This document shows, piece after piece, positions 44,424 through 56,852 of a stretch of 64,000 nt of DNA. The number at the start of each line of letters is the position of its first letter. Position 1 is the stretch's first letter. Made by a program: the position numbers and the translations under genes. A model generated the notes under the pieces. It was given only the letters and a program-made list of their open reading frames with translations, had not been told where the DNA came from and searched no databases. This DNA comes from Savitreella phatthalungensis (Eukaryota), in NCBI GenBank assembly GCA_051599415.1, contig AP039700.1:62001-126000 (forward strand), given 5' to 3'.

Positions 44424-45398
44424 TCATACTGCGTCGACCTGCGAGATCCAGGTGGAGCCGAGAATCGTTTGCATCGTGTGGTCGAATGCCCAAGACCAGG
44501 CCAGGGCGTCGTCAGCATCCGGCTCTGATCCTGAGCACGTAATGTGCTGGGATTTGCTGGCCAAGTCCTTTTCCGAGATGACTGGGCGGCTGATCGTGCT
44601 AGCCACAAAGACGCTAGTAAATTGGTTGAGATTGAAGTCGAATTGAGACGTCGTCGATGGTGACAGTGGCCAGTCTGTCGCGAATTGCGAGCCAGCAGAC
44701 CAGGGGTTGATATCCTTCTGAAAGCTCTCGCGCGTCGGGATAAGGCCAATGTCTGGTCGTAGGTTAGGCGTTGCAGAACGGCTGCTGTTCGCGCGCGTGA
44801 GCATCGGGAGCATTGGCATGACCGCGTCATCAAGATTGCCGGACGTGTTGGAGGTAGACACTGCGATGCTTCTCTTTGTACCGATGTCCGTCTCACTCTC
44901 TTCGATTGTCAATTTGAGCTTCGAGAGCTCCGCCGCGAGTGACTCGTTTTCACGCCGAAGGTTTGCGACCTCCTGCTTTAACGTGTTGGCCTCCGAAGAG
45001 TGCGTATTTACGAGGGCTTCCAAGTGGTTGATGTACTCCTTTCTCCGAACTCGGAAATTACGCGCAGAGACTTTGTTGCGGAGCTGGCGTCGCTCCTTCG
45101 GCGTCATCTTCTTGGCTTCATCGCTATGCAGTAATCGACTGTCGTCGTCATCATCGAGGTCTGAGAGATCGCCGCCAATATGCGGAGATTTCTCGGACGA
45201 GATGTCAGATTTTGCATAACTCGGCGACAAGGCGCGACCGACCGCGGCAGTTGAGACACGCGGCGGCACGTCCTGATCCTCCACATCGAGTGCATTGTCT
45301 GACGGTATAGGACAGCGCTCGAGCATATGAGAATCGATACAATCTGCAGATGGATTTCGAGCGAGCATTGTGCGGAAAATCGTCGGGCTTTGAGTCAT
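44424..45398 (-). CDS. Fungal bZIP transcription factor
   Basis: KKMTPKERRQLRNKVSARNFRVRRKEYINHLE basic region followed by a leucine-zipper heptad. Confidence 0.88.
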   Translation of the reverse strand: MTQSPTIFRTMLARNPSADCIDSHMLERCPIPSDNALDVEDQDVPPRVSTAAVGRALSPSYAKSDISSEKSPHIGGDLSDLDDDDDSRLLHSDEAKKMTPKERRQLRNKVSARNFRVRRKEYINHLEALVNTHSSEANTLKQEVANLRRENESLAAELSKLKLTIEESETDIGTKRSIAVSTSNTSGNLDDAVMPMLPMLTRANSSRSATPNLRPDIGLIPTRESFQKDINPWSAGSQFATDWPLSPSTTSQFDFNLNQFTSVFVASTISRPVISEKDLASKSQHITCSGSEPDADDALAWSWAFDHTMQTILGSTWISQVDAV

Positions 45399-47353
45399 GC
45401 GTTCTAAAGCAGTCGTGTTGTGGACAGAGAGATTGCGGAATTGAACCTGGACGGCGATGATGTTCTGCGCCGGATGCCGAAGCGAAGTCTAGTAGTTATA
45501 CAGGCTCTTTCTTTCAGTCTGCGAAATGGCGCTGGAAGATGACCGTGCACTGTGTGATTAATCGGTGTTCAGTGTGTGCGTGTTAGATAATGTCTGTCGA
45601 TTGCAAGTGTCCGCCGTACGTGCTCCGCCAATGGTGCACAGTGTGCTACAACTTGATTCTCGCAGTGCTTACAAACTCGTATCAATCAAATCCACAACAT
45701 GAATCTGTCTGGCCTGTGGTAGAAATTGGAGCGGGCCAAGCAATTAATTTAACGCAGGTCAGATATCATACTTTCTGGAAGTCTCCTCGTCATCTGGGGA
45801 AAGTTCGAGATCGATCAGATTTCAATTGCGCGGATCAGGCAAATCTTGGGCAACTGGCATTGCCCTCGCATTTGAAATGTTCAGATTAGCTGTAATGACT
45901 CACGGACAGTGCGATCGTCAGGGTGGGTCTAATTTTCGCCATGCAATGAAGGGTCAGCCACAGGAGGCGAGCAATAACATCCTATCTAGGGATCATGCAG
46001 GCATGCATTTCTAGCATTGCCTCTGCCTTGACCTGATCATGCGGTTCTCTAGCCTAGATATTATTGCAATGGTGCTACGGACTGCCGCATGGATAATAAA
46101 TCCCGTCGACTGAAAGGCAGTGTTAACGCGACTTCCGAAAATTATGTCGTGCCGGAGCTGCTCGCCTCAAGATCCTATCACGTTGTCTTGAAAGGTGTGT
46201 ATTTACCTGCACCCGTATTTGATCGCATGAACGCGATCCTACGGTTCGCAAAAGCAGATCTCGTATACAAGCAAGCTCCGATCTAGTCGAGCCATGACAT
46301 TGGCTCGGCAAGGCTACACACATCAGGCGCTAGATGGGTTTTGCGCAGCCTTGGGCAGCATATACAGTCATGGCTAGTTCCCATCGACGCGATCATTTTC
46401 GCACGATCCATCAGCGCAGCTGTCCTGGACGACATCAGTGCGGCCCGGGCAGCATACACTTGGCGCTTTGGAAATTGGAACACATGCTCGACCTCCAGCG
46501 ACGACCATGGACACGAGTGACCACGACTGATCAGTAATGGTGCACAGCCGCCTGTCTCGTGCACACCATAGCTACCATGCAGTAAGTCCGCGCTATTGTC
46601 CTCATTGTGGCACGGATTGGTTCCGCACGCACAAACCAGAGGGTCCTCCTTAGCAGACAAAAACTTTCGCTGAATGGACAACAAAAAGTGACCAGCGATA
46701 TCAATGAGACATTGCATCAGCTGTGGAAGCTCAAGCTGATATTGGTATTAACCGCATTCAGCAAGGAATAAGCCAACTGCCAGGCCTCAATTTAAAGTGG
46801 CAAAGCTGCTCGGAAGGAGCTGTTAGCAACCCACTTTGCAGAACTTTGAGCTTATAGACATTCCTGCTCATGGCTGACTGGACTAATCCTTGTGTCTGAG
46901 CGTTGTCCCATAGTCTCATAGCTTGGTAGCTGGCTCGCACCGTGGCGGATGTTGGTGGAGCTGATCTCCGGAGAATTCCATTGCGTTCGGGCTGCTCAAT
47001 TGCGCATGAAATCAGACCTGATGATCACCTGTTGTTGTCCATTTAGTGAAGCTCGTTGTCCAACTGGGGAAACCCAGATCAATATTACAAATATAGCGCG
47101 GAAGCACTTATTTGATTTTGCAGCGAGCACCGGATATTTTTGCACAGTCCGAGTCAAGATTTCAAATTGGGTTCCAAGGGTTGCGCCACCGATACCCAGC
47201 CACGAAACTGCCGCAAGCTACCCGTTGGCTGCTTTCGAGCGCCGAGAGCGCGTGCATTCACCGGCAATTCTGCTAGACTGCTTGGTGTAGAGACAAGCAC
47301 AGTGGTGCCGCGCCGGACGACGACAACGAAAGGCTCGATATACTTGCTCGCCG

Positions 47354-47537
47354 GTAAGCATCGGCACAAAGCATATTCAACGTCTTCATCTTACTCAAGA
47401 ATTGATCAGCAAGTTGCATCTGAACACGGGATGCCACCACGCCTGAAAGGCGCGCGCGACGAACAAACAGCCTAGACGACGTCCCTTTGCATGAGAGCGG
47501 CTAGCAAGCCATACGCAGCCACTCACTAACCATCCAG
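47354..47537 (+). other. Probable 5'-UTR intron of CCR4
   Basis: GTAAGC donor at 47354, CACTAAC branch, and CAG acceptor 2 nt before the ATG; no in-frame ATG upstream. Confidence 0.55.
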
Positions 47538-47539
47538 TT

Positions 47540-49666
47540 ATGGCCGAAGATGGCAGGTATCCTTCGCTGGCACAACGCTTCCAACAATCGATCGCCTCGC
47601 CGCGATCGCTCGCAGGAACACCAAGTCCGCCTCCCCGAAGCCCGGCTGGTGGAGTCGGTCAAGCATATCATGCGGGCATCGTGGACGGCTACGCCAGCTC
47701 TGCAGTTCAGAATCTGACATCAAAGTTCCAGCAACACCAGACTCAACATCAGCAACAGCAGCAGCAGCAGCAGCAGCAACAGCAACAGCAACAACAGCAA
47801 CAACAGGGCGGCTTATCGATGAGCAACGGTTATGCTGGCAGCGGTGGAACAGACGTCAAATCAGAGTTTGTGCGGGCGGCCGAAGAGCGTCACAGCCGAT
47901 CGAGGGAGCTTGCCAAGCAAGGTCTTCATGTACAATCTCAACTTCAAGCGCAACAAGCGAGAAGTTCGACGACACACGTCATGACTAACATCAGCGGTAC
48001 TCCTGGCACGACAAGCGCTTCTGGGACAATCGTCTTCTCTCCGGAGGGTAACGGCGTCAGCGGACCGTCATCTGCGACTGTTGCCCATCGCAAGGACGGC
48101 CCGTCCGTGGAGCAGCGTATGACTGAGGACGCTATTGACGACGAAGCAGAGAAACAGCTGTGGTCAGCACTGGATCTGACGAACATTGGCATTGTCAATC
48201 TCAGCCAACAGATTTTTGGCTACTCTTTCTTGACGCATTTACACCTTGCGAATAACCAGCTCAGCAAAATACCGTCAAGCATCGGCTCTCTCAGACTATT
48301 GAGCCATCTTGACCTGTCACAAAATCAGCTTGTCTCAGTGCCTTCACAGATCGGCATGCTCAGCTTTCTCCGCGAGTTGTTGCTATTCGACAACAAGATC
48401 TCCTCGATACCGCCAGAATTTGGTTCGCTTTACCAGCTCGACTTTCTAGGACTCGATGGCAATCCGGTTCCTGATGCGGTCCGCGGAATGCTCGCTAGCG
48501 AAGGGACGACCGTGTTCATTCACTTCTTACGCGACAGTTGCCCAGTACCAATGCCGCCACCAGATCGTGAATGGTCCGTCATGACTGATGGACGCGAAGA
48601 TGGGGAGACATTCACGGTCTTCAGCTACAACATTCTAGCAGAAAGATATGCAACCGCGTCATTGTATGGCTACACGCCCAGCTGGGCGCTGGCCTGGGAA
48701 TATCGGCGAGAACTGATCTACCACGAGATCACCTCCTACAATGCAGACCTTATCTGTCTTCAGGAACTCGATAAGGACAATTACGAGACGTTCTTTCTAC
48801 CACAGCTGCAAAAGAAAGGTTATGAGGGGGTTTGGTGGCCAAAATCTAGAGCACGGACCATGAACGAATCTGAACAGAAGACCGTGGACGGATGTGCCAG
48901 CTTTTTCAAGTCGGACTTGTTCGAGCTCGTCAACAAGCAGCTGATCGAATTCAACCAGGTTCCATCCTTCCGACGCGACCCGACCTTCAAATACACCAAG
49001 GAGATCTACAATCGCTTCATGACCAAGGATAACATCGCCGTGGTTGCCATGCTCGAGCGGAAGGGCACGGGCTCGCGCATGATTCTGGTGAACGCACACG
49101 TTCATTGGGATCCGCGTTTCCGCGATGTCAAAATTCTTCAATGCGCTATGCTGATGGACGAATTACAGACTATGGCGAATGGTTTCTCGAAGAACCCTCC
49201 GCGCACTGTGACGAAAGAGAAGGCGCCTAAATATCTCGCGGGCACAGACATTCCTGTAATCATTTGTGGAGATTTCAACTCAGTGCCGCACTCCGGAGTA
49301 TACGAATTCATGACACGTGGTTTCATCGAAAAGGAGCACGAAGACTTCATGAATATGGATTACGGCAATTACCTCAAGGATGGTCGGCGACATGCTTTCA
49401 ACCTGCGCTCAGCATACTCACGCATCGACGAGCTCTCTTTCACGAATCATACTCCTGGATTTCACGGCGCTATCGACTACATCTGGCACTCGAGCAATCT
49501 AGATGTGATTGGTCTGCTCAAAGATGTGGATCATAATTACGTCGACAACATAGTCGGATTCCCGAACGCCCACTTCCCGTCCGACCACATCTGCATCCTC
49601 GCGGAATTCAAGGTCAAAACAATTGCGCCGGCAACCAAGCCTGACTTTGGCACAAGCAGCAAGTAA
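47540..49666 (+). CDS. CCR4: CCR4 deadenylase (LRR + EEP nuclease) of the CCR4-NOT complex
   Basis: 19-Gln tract (47750-47806), LRRs, SYNILAERY, YTPSWAL, CLQE, HWDP, CGDFNS, IDYIW, PSDH. Confidence 0.96.
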   Translation: MAEDGRYPSLAQRFQQSIASPRSLAGTPSPPPRSPAGGVGQAYHAGIVDGYASSAVQNLTSKFQQHQTQHQQQQQQQQQQQQQQQQQQQGGLSMSNGYAGSGGTDVKSEFVRAAEERHSRSRELAKQGLHVQSQLQAQQARSSTTHVMTNISGTPGTTSASGTIVFSPEGNGVSGPSSATVAHRKDGPSVEQRMTEDAIDDEAEKQLWSALDLTNIGIVNLSQQIFGYSFLTHLHLANNQLSKIPSSIGSLRLLSHLDLSQNQLVSVPSQIGMLSFLRELLLFDNKISSIPPEFGSLYQLDFLGLDGNPVPDAVRGMLASEGTTVFIHFLRDSCPVPMPPPDREWSVMTDGREDGETFTVFSYNILAERYATASLYGYTPSWALAWEYRRELIYHEITSYNADLICLQELDKDNYETFFLPQLQKKGYEGVWWPKSRARTMNESEQKTVDGCASFFKSDLFELVNKQLIEFNQVPSFRRDPTFKYTKEIYNRFMTKDNIAVVAMLERKGTGSRMILVNAHVHWDPRFRDVKILQCAMLMDELQTMANGFSKNPPRTVTKEKAPKYLAGTDIPVIICGDFNSVPHSGVYEFMTRGFIEKEHEDFMNMDYGNYLKDGRRHAFNLRSAYSRIDELSFTNHTPGFHGAIDYIWHSSNLDVIGLLKDVDHNYVDNIVGFPNAHFPSDHICILAEFKVKTIAPATKPDFGTSSK

Positions 49667-49707
49667 CTGTAGATAAAGTCTATCAACCAATTCCTTCCAT
49701 GAACAAC

Positions 49708-52281
49708 TCATGCCCGTCTGTCTGTGCTCTCGTCCTTTGCCAGGCCAGCTAGCAGCTCAAGGGCACTAATAAGGTCTTTCGGCTCAAGCAGGTGCCAAAG
49801 AGCTTTGGTCGGTTTGCTCGCAGCTCCGATCGTGACGGAAAAGCAAGCATCCAGCTGAATGTCTCCCTGTGTGGCGCATTTGCGCAACATCGCAAACATG
49901 TCCTCATCTGTTTTGTCGTCGCCAGCGCAGAGGACAAAATCGGGTCTCGCATGTGGAGCCAGACGTTCGAGCAGGCTTCGCACAATCTCTCCCTTATTGA
50001 TGTTGCGTGGTCGCACCTCGAGGTTGGCCTTCCCCGACAAGATCTCGACCGGATACTGTGTCACAATCGTTGACTCCAGATGCGCTTGGCATTCTTTTGC
50101 CTGAAACGCGCCGTAGTCAGGATCAGCTTTGCGATAGTGCCAGGTGATGGCGACCGCCTTCGTCTCAATAAATGACCCTTGGGTTCTTTCAGTGAAAAAT
50201 TGGAAAATGCGAATGACGTCCTTCTGCCATGACATATCGAGCTCTGATGTCAGATTGACCCAGTCTTGCGTTCCTGGAAAGCGGATAAAGCTACCGTGCT
50301 CAGCACTGAGACCCAATTCCTCGATGCCACCAAGCCATTCTTCCAGGAATCCTTTATCCCGACCGGAAATGATCCAGACCTGATTTACAGGATCCGCCGC
50401 GAGCTTCTTGAGCGATCGCAACATTCGATCGGTTGGAATCGCTGCACTTGGTTCGCGGACAATTGGTGTCAATGTACCGTCATAGTCGAAAAGCATGAGA
50501 CGCTGGCGGGCCTGCTTGTAACGCTGCAATATGAGGCTTCTGCTCAATGCCGGAGTCTGTTGGGCCTGTTCATGCATGTCGAGATTGGCAAGCAGGCGTG
50601 ACAGAAGCTTGTGGCTCCATGCCTGGACATTGTGACTCACTGTATGCGCAAAAAGCTGTTTGTGGCGCTCGACGCGTTCTTGACGCGTCATGGAAAGTGC
50701 GTGGTTCAGCGCCGCTGCCACGCCCGAAGCATCCCAAGGGTTCACCTGAATTGCCTGCTCCAAGCTACCAGCGGTGCCCGTGAATTCGGAGATGAGCACT
50801 GGACCCTGATTTTCCTCCTGGGCGACGACGTATTCGAGACTCGTCACATTCATCCCGTCGCGAACACTAGTGATCAGGCCAACGTCTGCCACCGTTAACA
50901 GCGCGTAGTACTCGTCCTCCTCGATGTGTTTGTGGTAATGATGTACGGGCGCATAGTCGAACGTCCCATATGTGCCATTGATCGTGTTGACGATTTCTGA
51001 AACATCGCGTTCTAGTTGAGTAGTGTCATGAACAGAGGGATTGGTGATCTGAATCAAGACCACCTGCTCGCGCCAGTCAGGGTACTCCTCAAGGAAGCGC
51101 AAGAAAGCCTGTAATTTCTGCACAACTCCGCGTACTTCATCAAGCCGATCGCGGCCAACGATTATGAGCTTACCACGAAGATTGTCACGAATGATCTTCA
51201 TCGAAGTCTGCACGCCAGGACGCCGCAAATGCTGTTGTACTTGCATTACATCGATGCCAATCGGAACTGCTTCCACGGCCACATGCACACCAAATGCTTC
51301 AACGGATCCTGTAGATGTATCGTACCCCAAGACGCGAGTGCATGACGAGATGAAGTGGTTCACGTATGCCGGCGACTGGAAGCCGACCAGATTAGCACCG
51401 AGCAGGCCGTTGAGAACTTCCTTTCGCTTTGGTAAGCATCGAAATATTTCTGACGACGGAAAGGGCGAGTGTAGAAAGAAGGTGACGAAAGCGCCACTGA
51501 AGCGCTGGCGCAGTAGTTCCGGAAGTAACATCAAATGGAAATCATGGACAATGATGATGTCTCCGGGACGGTAGATAGACGCGATGCGCTCCGCATAAGC
51601 ATTATTAAATGCCACGTAGTCACGCCACCACACCTTTTCCTGACGCCCGTCCGTCACTTCGTGCCACAACTTGTAATGAAGGATAGGCCATAATTGCTCG
51701 TCAGCATATTTGCGCCATCTTGATTGCCTATCAGCCGTTTCTGCAGATGAAAGTTCCGACAACCGGATCTTATCCATCATGCTGCCCGGCGGTTGCGGCG
51801 TTGAAGTCATCGACGAATTGAGGTCGATGGTATCCGGAGTGTATCCATTGCCCCCTTCATCTGTAGGCGCCAACATCCACACTGGTAGGATGCGGCCCTT
51901 TTGACCCGGCATAGATTGCAACTCGTCTTCGAAAGTGCGCATCTCGGACTGAGAAATACTAATCTTAGGTAGCGTCACATTGTGCTCGCGGCCGCTATCG
52001 TTGTTAGGCTTCGGCGAATTTGTCGGTTCGCAGCGCTTGACCGCGCCAATCTCGCCTGTCCATCCGACCATGATCGTCTCCCAAACCGAATCTGACTGCA
52101 GGTGCTTGATACTGCCATACATAGCTCTGGCACCTTTCCGCGGCCTGATGTCAAATTTGCGTTTGTTCAAGTCCAGGTCTACTTCGTAAGGAATTGCGAC
52201 AGCAGCATTGATGACTCTACCAGAAAGACCGAGCTTGCTCGGGGCGTCTTGTGGCCGACACGGCTTGGAAACGAGTTCCAT
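49708..52281 (-). CDS. TPS2: Trehalose-6-phosphate phosphatase (GT20 + HAD), Tps2/Tpp1
   Basis: Likely start MELVSKP. Motifs LWPILHY, VHDFHL, FLHSPFPSSE, GRDRLD, SVRDGMN, FDYDGTLTP, SGRD, AEHG and GDDKTDEDMF. Confidence 0.93.
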   Translation of the reverse strand: MELVSKPCRPQDAPSKLGLSGRVINAAVAIPYEVDLDLNKRKFDIRPRKGARAMYGSIKHLQSDSVWETIMVGWTGEIGAVKRCEPTNSPKPNNDSGREHNVTLPKISISQSEMRTFEDELQSMPGQKGRILPVWMLAPTDEGGNGYTPDTIDLNSSMTSTPQPPGSMMDKIRLSELSSAETADRQSRWRKYADEQLWPILHYKLWHEVTDGRQEKVWWRDYVAFNNAYAERIASIYRPGDIIIVHDFHLMLLPELLRQRFSGAFVTFFLHSPFPSSEIFRCLPKRKEVLNGLLGANLVGFQSPAYVNHFISSCTRVLGYDTSTGSVEAFGVHVAVEAVPIGIDVMQVQQHLRRPGVQTSMKIIRDNLRGKLIIVGRDRLDEVRGVVQKLQAFLRFLEEYPDWREQVVLIQITNPSVHDTTQLERDVSEIVNTINGTYGTFDYAPVHHYHKHIEEDEYYALLTVADVGLITSVRDGMNVTSLEYVVAQEENQGPVLISEFTGTAGSLEQAIQVNPWDASGVAAALNHALSMTRQERVERHKQLFAHTVSHNVQAWSHKLLSRLLANLDMHEQAQQTPALSRSLILQRYKQARQRLMLFDYDGTLTPIVREPSAAIPTDRMLRSLKKLAADPVNQVWIISGRDKGFLEEWLGGIEELGLSAEHGSFIRFPGTQDWVNLTSELDMSWQKDVIRIFQFFTERTQGSFIETKAVAITWHYRKADPDYGAFQAKECQAHLESTIVTQYPVEILSGKANLEVRPRNINKGEIVRSLLERLAPHARPDFVLCAGDDKTDEDMFAMLRKCATQGDIQLDACFSVTIGAASKPTKALWHLLEPKDLISALELLAGLAKDESTDRRA

Positions 52282-52812
52282 CGACAATTGCCTCGAGTGA
52301 GTACCTGCGGTCCAGATAGCTATCTCAGGGCAGCGTGGCCTAACAATGTTGCATGAACTTTCCTCTATGCTCAAGCACACAAGCCCTGTCACGTTGAGGA
52401 TGATTCAGCCGGAGCCTTCTGCGAGTGATAGCGTCGAAGCAAACTTGGTGTGCTTGAGATTGCGCCGGCTTGAGACCTACAGAGATGCGATCATCTAGGA
52501 TACTTGAGTGCAATTCGGTCGCGATCGAGTATGTAGGAGTATCTTTTACAGCACCATATGCTGCATTCATGGGTCTTGATCGACATATACCAAGATTCGC
52601 CAGGTCTCCCCAGAATAGGAATTCGCCGTGCATCGAGATCATGTTGATGTCGCGCTAGTAAGCGCATGCACCTATAACTGGATGCCAGCTACGTTATTCG
52701 GTAGCAGACGTCAGGGTCGGCGTGCTCCTACGAGCGAGCGACACACAGTCTTGAGCTCGTCGCCGGATGTGTCATTACTCAAAATAAGCAGTAGCGGTGC
52801 CTTCGAAGCTTA

Positions 52813-54705
52813 ATGGCTCAATGGTCGTCTGCGATCCCGCTACCCGCGACGCTGTCTGCCACGAGCAGCAATGCTGTCTCCACCAAGATACAAGCCGTGA
52901 TGGCCACTTCAGGACTTGACGGTGACCTCGCAAAAGCTCTGCAGATACTCGATATTGAGGCGGGCGAAATAATCAATGTCGGACAGGCCAGCGCGACTTC
53001 TGTTCGTAGATGCGTCAGGCGCAGAGCCGTTCTTCATGCGGCTTCCGCATTGGCAGAGTATGAGCCCTTGATATCGGAATTGCGGGCAATCAGATTCGAG
53101 ATTGACGGTATGAAGACGGCGTGCGGGAGGATGATGACTCAAGCCATGGGCGTACAGAAGGCCTCCGGCCACTTGCTCGAGCAGGTCGATACACTTCAGA
53201 ATACGAGACGCAAGATTACAGTCCGCCGTATGGTTCACGATGCTTTCCTTCGGCGATTCATGCTCTCAGAGGAACACACGCTCGCTCTGCTGAATCTGGA
53301 ACCAGCCGATAACAACTTTTTCGATGCTCTCAGCCAGACCGAAGCGGTGCACGGACGATGCCAGTCGCTGCTTTCGCTCGAAGATAACGGTTTGGGACTT
53401 GAGCTGCTCAAACAGCTCTCACAGCTGCAAGACTCGGCGTACGCGAAATTGTATCGCTGGTCGACATACCAGCTCAAACAAGCGCAGCTCATCAACTTGC
53501 ATAGTGAAACGCAGTTGGTAAAGGCTATCGGCGCTCTCAAAGCAAGGCCAACATTATTCGATCAGTGTCTGGAACATATAGCGTACGCTCGTAAGCGGCA
53601 GGCAGCGGAAAGTCTCGTTCAAGCATTGGTGCGAGGCAAGAATGGCGCCAGGCCTATTGAACTGGCCGCTCATGACTCGCTCCGGTTCGTCGGCGATCTT
53701 CTCGCTTGGCTACATGAGTCTGTCGCCACCGAGTACGAGGGTCTTGAGTTTCTCGTATCGTCAAGACAGAGTGGAGCTGCAGGCTCAGGAGGACCGCGAT
53801 CTGTAGATCGTAAGAAACTCACTCACTTGATAGACGACGTACTTTCGGAGGTAATGCCTACTCTCCAGCGCCGGGTCGACCAGGTTTTTGCCCACAGCGA
53901 TGTGTCTCGCGAGGTCAGTCTGCAGATCTCCACCCTCGTCCACTTCTACGCTACGCTGCTTTCGAAGATGCTTCTTGAAGAGTCAGCCGTACTACGTTCG
54001 CTGGATTCGATAGAGGCATCTGCGCAACGAAGATTCAGTCAACACACACAGGCGCTGCTCACTGCTGTGAGATCAGCTCCGCCGGTCATCGGACCAAGTC
54101 TCGCGACACCGGATTTTATTACAGATTTGACTGCAGATTTACACGTAGCCTGCAGAATTCTGCACGACTCCTTCTTGGCATTCGATGACAGAAGCCGGCA
54201 ATTGAACGAGATGTTCGAGGTGCAGATCCGCTCGGCGGTAGACCTTTGCGCAAAAGCCTCGAGCGAAATCGAACAGCCGGCGTCGTCCATTTATCTGCTT
54301 AATATCGCGAGACTCATCGAGCGGACGCTTGAAGGCTTCAATTTTGCGAACAACGCCGCCGACATTGTGTCATCCATCATTGCGAGATGTGAGCAATTAC
54401 TGATCGTGGATCAATCCGAGCACCTCATGCGCGAATCAGGCGTGTCATCTCTGCAGGAAATGCTCGACAACGGTCAACGACCTGACGAACACGCTCACCA
54501 GATAGTGCGTGAGCGCTTGATGACTTATTTGCCTCATGCAGCTGATGACCTGGACCGGCGCATCGAGCTCGTGGATGAGCGGCGCCGAATCAACAACATC
54601 AACAAAGCTGCGGCCCTGAAGTTCCTGGCCAGCCTCGAGCAGCCAGGCATCCTTGGCGATCTGAAGTACCCATCAGACCAAGCGCGCCTTTTGCTTGGCC
54701 TCTGA
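52813..54705 (+). CDS. COG6: Conserved oligomeric Golgi complex subunit 6
   Basis: FFDALS...C..LL, AYAKLYRW, ARPIELAAHDSLRFVGDLLAWLH signature. Confidence 0.88.
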   Translation: MAQWSSAIPLPATLSATSSNAVSTKIQAVMATSGLDGDLAKALQILDIEAGEIINVGQASATSVRRCVRRRAVLHAASALAEYEPLISELRAIRFEIDGMKTACGRMMTQAMGVQKASGHLLEQVDTLQNTRRKITVRRMVHDAFLRRFMLSEEHTLALLNLEPADNNFFDALSQTEAVHGRCQSLLSLEDNGLGLELLKQLSQLQDSAYAKLYRWSTYQLKQAQLINLHSETQLVKAIGALKARPTLFDQCLEHIAYARKRQAAESLVQALVRGKNGARPIELAAHDSLRFVGDLLAWLHESVATEYEGLEFLVSSRQSGAAGSGGPRSVDRKKLTHLIDDVLSEVMPTLQRRVDQVFAHSDVSREVSLQISTLVHFYATLLSKMLLEESAVLRSLDSIEASAQRRFSQHTQALLTAVRSAPPVIGPSLATPDFITDLTADLHVACRILHDSFLAFDDRSRQLNEMFEVQIRSAVDLCAKASSEIEQPASSIYLLNIARLIERTLEGFNFANNAADIVSSIIARCEQLLIVDQSEHLMRESGVSSLQEMLDNGQRPDEHAHQIVRERLMTYLPHAADDLDRRIELVDERRRINNINKAAALKFLASLEQPGILGDLKYPSDQARLLLGL

Positions 54706-54944
54706 ATTCACTGGTGACTTAATGAAAGCATGTGAACCATGACCTTGACAATCTCTTGAGTAAGGCGCGCGTTCTCAATAATTCTCTATCTGCACGTCGT
54801 CGAAACACCTCGCACGTGCTGTATCTAAATTTATACCGCGACGTCACACCAATCAAGGAATCCAGGGATGGCACCGCAATATCAGTCGTAGTAAGAGGTG
54901 TGGTAAGGCGTTGTTCACCGCGCGTCTGGACTAATCGAGTCAGT

Positions 54945-56186
54945 ATGCCGATTGAGGCTGCCGCCTATGCATTCGTTCAAGGCACACTACATCGTTCTTT
55001 GGAGGCAGACTACAAGATTTGGTCCGTGATCGTTCTATGCTGCTTTGTACTCGTGCGGCTCCTGCTGCAAGAGCCGAGCAATCCGCATGCTGACACAAAT
55101 ATGCATGGCAAGGTGGTGATTATTACCGGTGCGACATCCGGTATCGGTCTCGAAGTAGCGACGGCCTTGGCACGTCGCGGAACTCAGCTTGTCATACTTG
55201 TCTCGAAAGTACAGGACGGATGGACGCAGCAATTCGTGATGGACTTGCGACAGACGACGGGCAATCAGCTGATCTACGCCGAGGAGTGCGATTTGTCTAG
55301 TCTGCTCTCGATTCGTCGATTTGCGACGCGTTGGATTGATACGACGCCGCCACGGCGCCTTGATCAGGTGGTTCTTTGCCATGGCATCTCGCTACCACCA
55401 GGCAGCCAGCGTCGAACGACAAAAGACGGAACTGAAATTCATCTCGGCATCCACCATCTTGCGGTTTCGCATCTGCTCACTCTGTTGCAGCCAGCTCTGC
55501 GCTCGCAGCCTGCCGATCGAGACGTTCGGGTGATCGCAACCACCTGTACGTCTTACACTTTCGCTGAACTCGATATGGACGACATTGAATGGCTTGGCCG
55601 TGGCTATCCGTCCTGGACGCCATGGCGGGTTCTGGGTACAGCTAAACTACTGTCCATGGTCTCCGTGCTGGAGATGCAGCGACAGGTCGCCGCATCGCGA
55701 CGGCGAGCGACAGAACCCGAGCCAGCCGAGACCAGCCGATGGCGAAGAGATGATGGAATGCCTTCTCGAGTCAAATTTATCTTGGCTGATCCCGGAATTG
55801 CTTGCCGCACACCAGGATTCCGGCGATTTGTCAGCTGTGATTCTCTGGCTGGCCTATTATTTCTGTATGTCATCCCCTGGCCGCTCTGGTGGTTTGTGGT
55901 GCGATCAGCAGAACGAGGCGCACAGAGTGTACTGTACGCTTGCACAGCCCCGCCGTCCACAGCAGATCCAGGTGACGAAGATGTGGCAGTCGATCGAAGT
56001 TTGACAATCACAGAGCATAAAACCACGGTGGGCGGCGGAGAGATGATCCACAATGTGCAGCGTTCAGAGTGGCGTGGCACTGGGCTTGTCAAATCGCCAG
56101 AGTTTGCCCAGACGCTTGCAGCATGGACACGACACACGATCGAGACGACGGAACGACGAAGTGCGCAGCATGGTAAGAAGATATAA
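54945..56186 (+). CDS. Membrane-associated short-chain dehydrogenase/reductase, PBR1(YNL181W)-like
   Basis: Start MPIEAAAYAF preceded by an intron-like CTAAT..CAG. Motifs MHGKVVIITGATSGIG, LIYAEECDLSSLLSIRRFATRWIDTTPPRRLD, QPADRDVRVI. Confidence 0.8.
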   Translation: MPIEAAAYAFVQGTLHRSLEADYKIWSVIVLCCFVLVRLLLQEPSNPHADTNMHGKVVIITGATSGIGLEVATALARRGTQLVILVSKVQDGWTQQFVMDLRQTTGNQLIYAEECDLSSLLSIRRFATRWIDTTPPRRLDQVVLCHGISLPPGSQRRTTKDGTEIHLGIHHLAVSHLLTLLQPALRSQPADRDVRVIATTCTSYTFAELDMDDIEWLGRGYPSWTPWRVLGTAKLLSMVSVLEMQRQVAASRRRATEPEPAETSRWRRDDGMPSRVKFILADPGIACRTPGFRRFVSCDSLAGLLFLYVIPWPLWWFVVRSAERGAQSVLYACTAPPSTADPGDEDVAVDRSLTITEHKTTVGGGEMIHNVQRSEWRGTGLVKSPEFAQTLAAWTRHTIETTERRSAQHGKKI

Positions 56187-56274
56187 AGGTGCGCAAAGAA
56201 GCACCCGTAGCTCTTTCGACTCAGATAAACGCATGAATGAGTCATTCTTAATTGAGCCGTACGTCGCTTGCAAA

Positions 56275-56852
<578 letters not shown>

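Noticed and set aside
45600..47300. Short ORFs in the bZIP-CCR4 intergenic region
   Set aside because: No homology cues or consistent exon structure; treated as divergent promoter/UTR.
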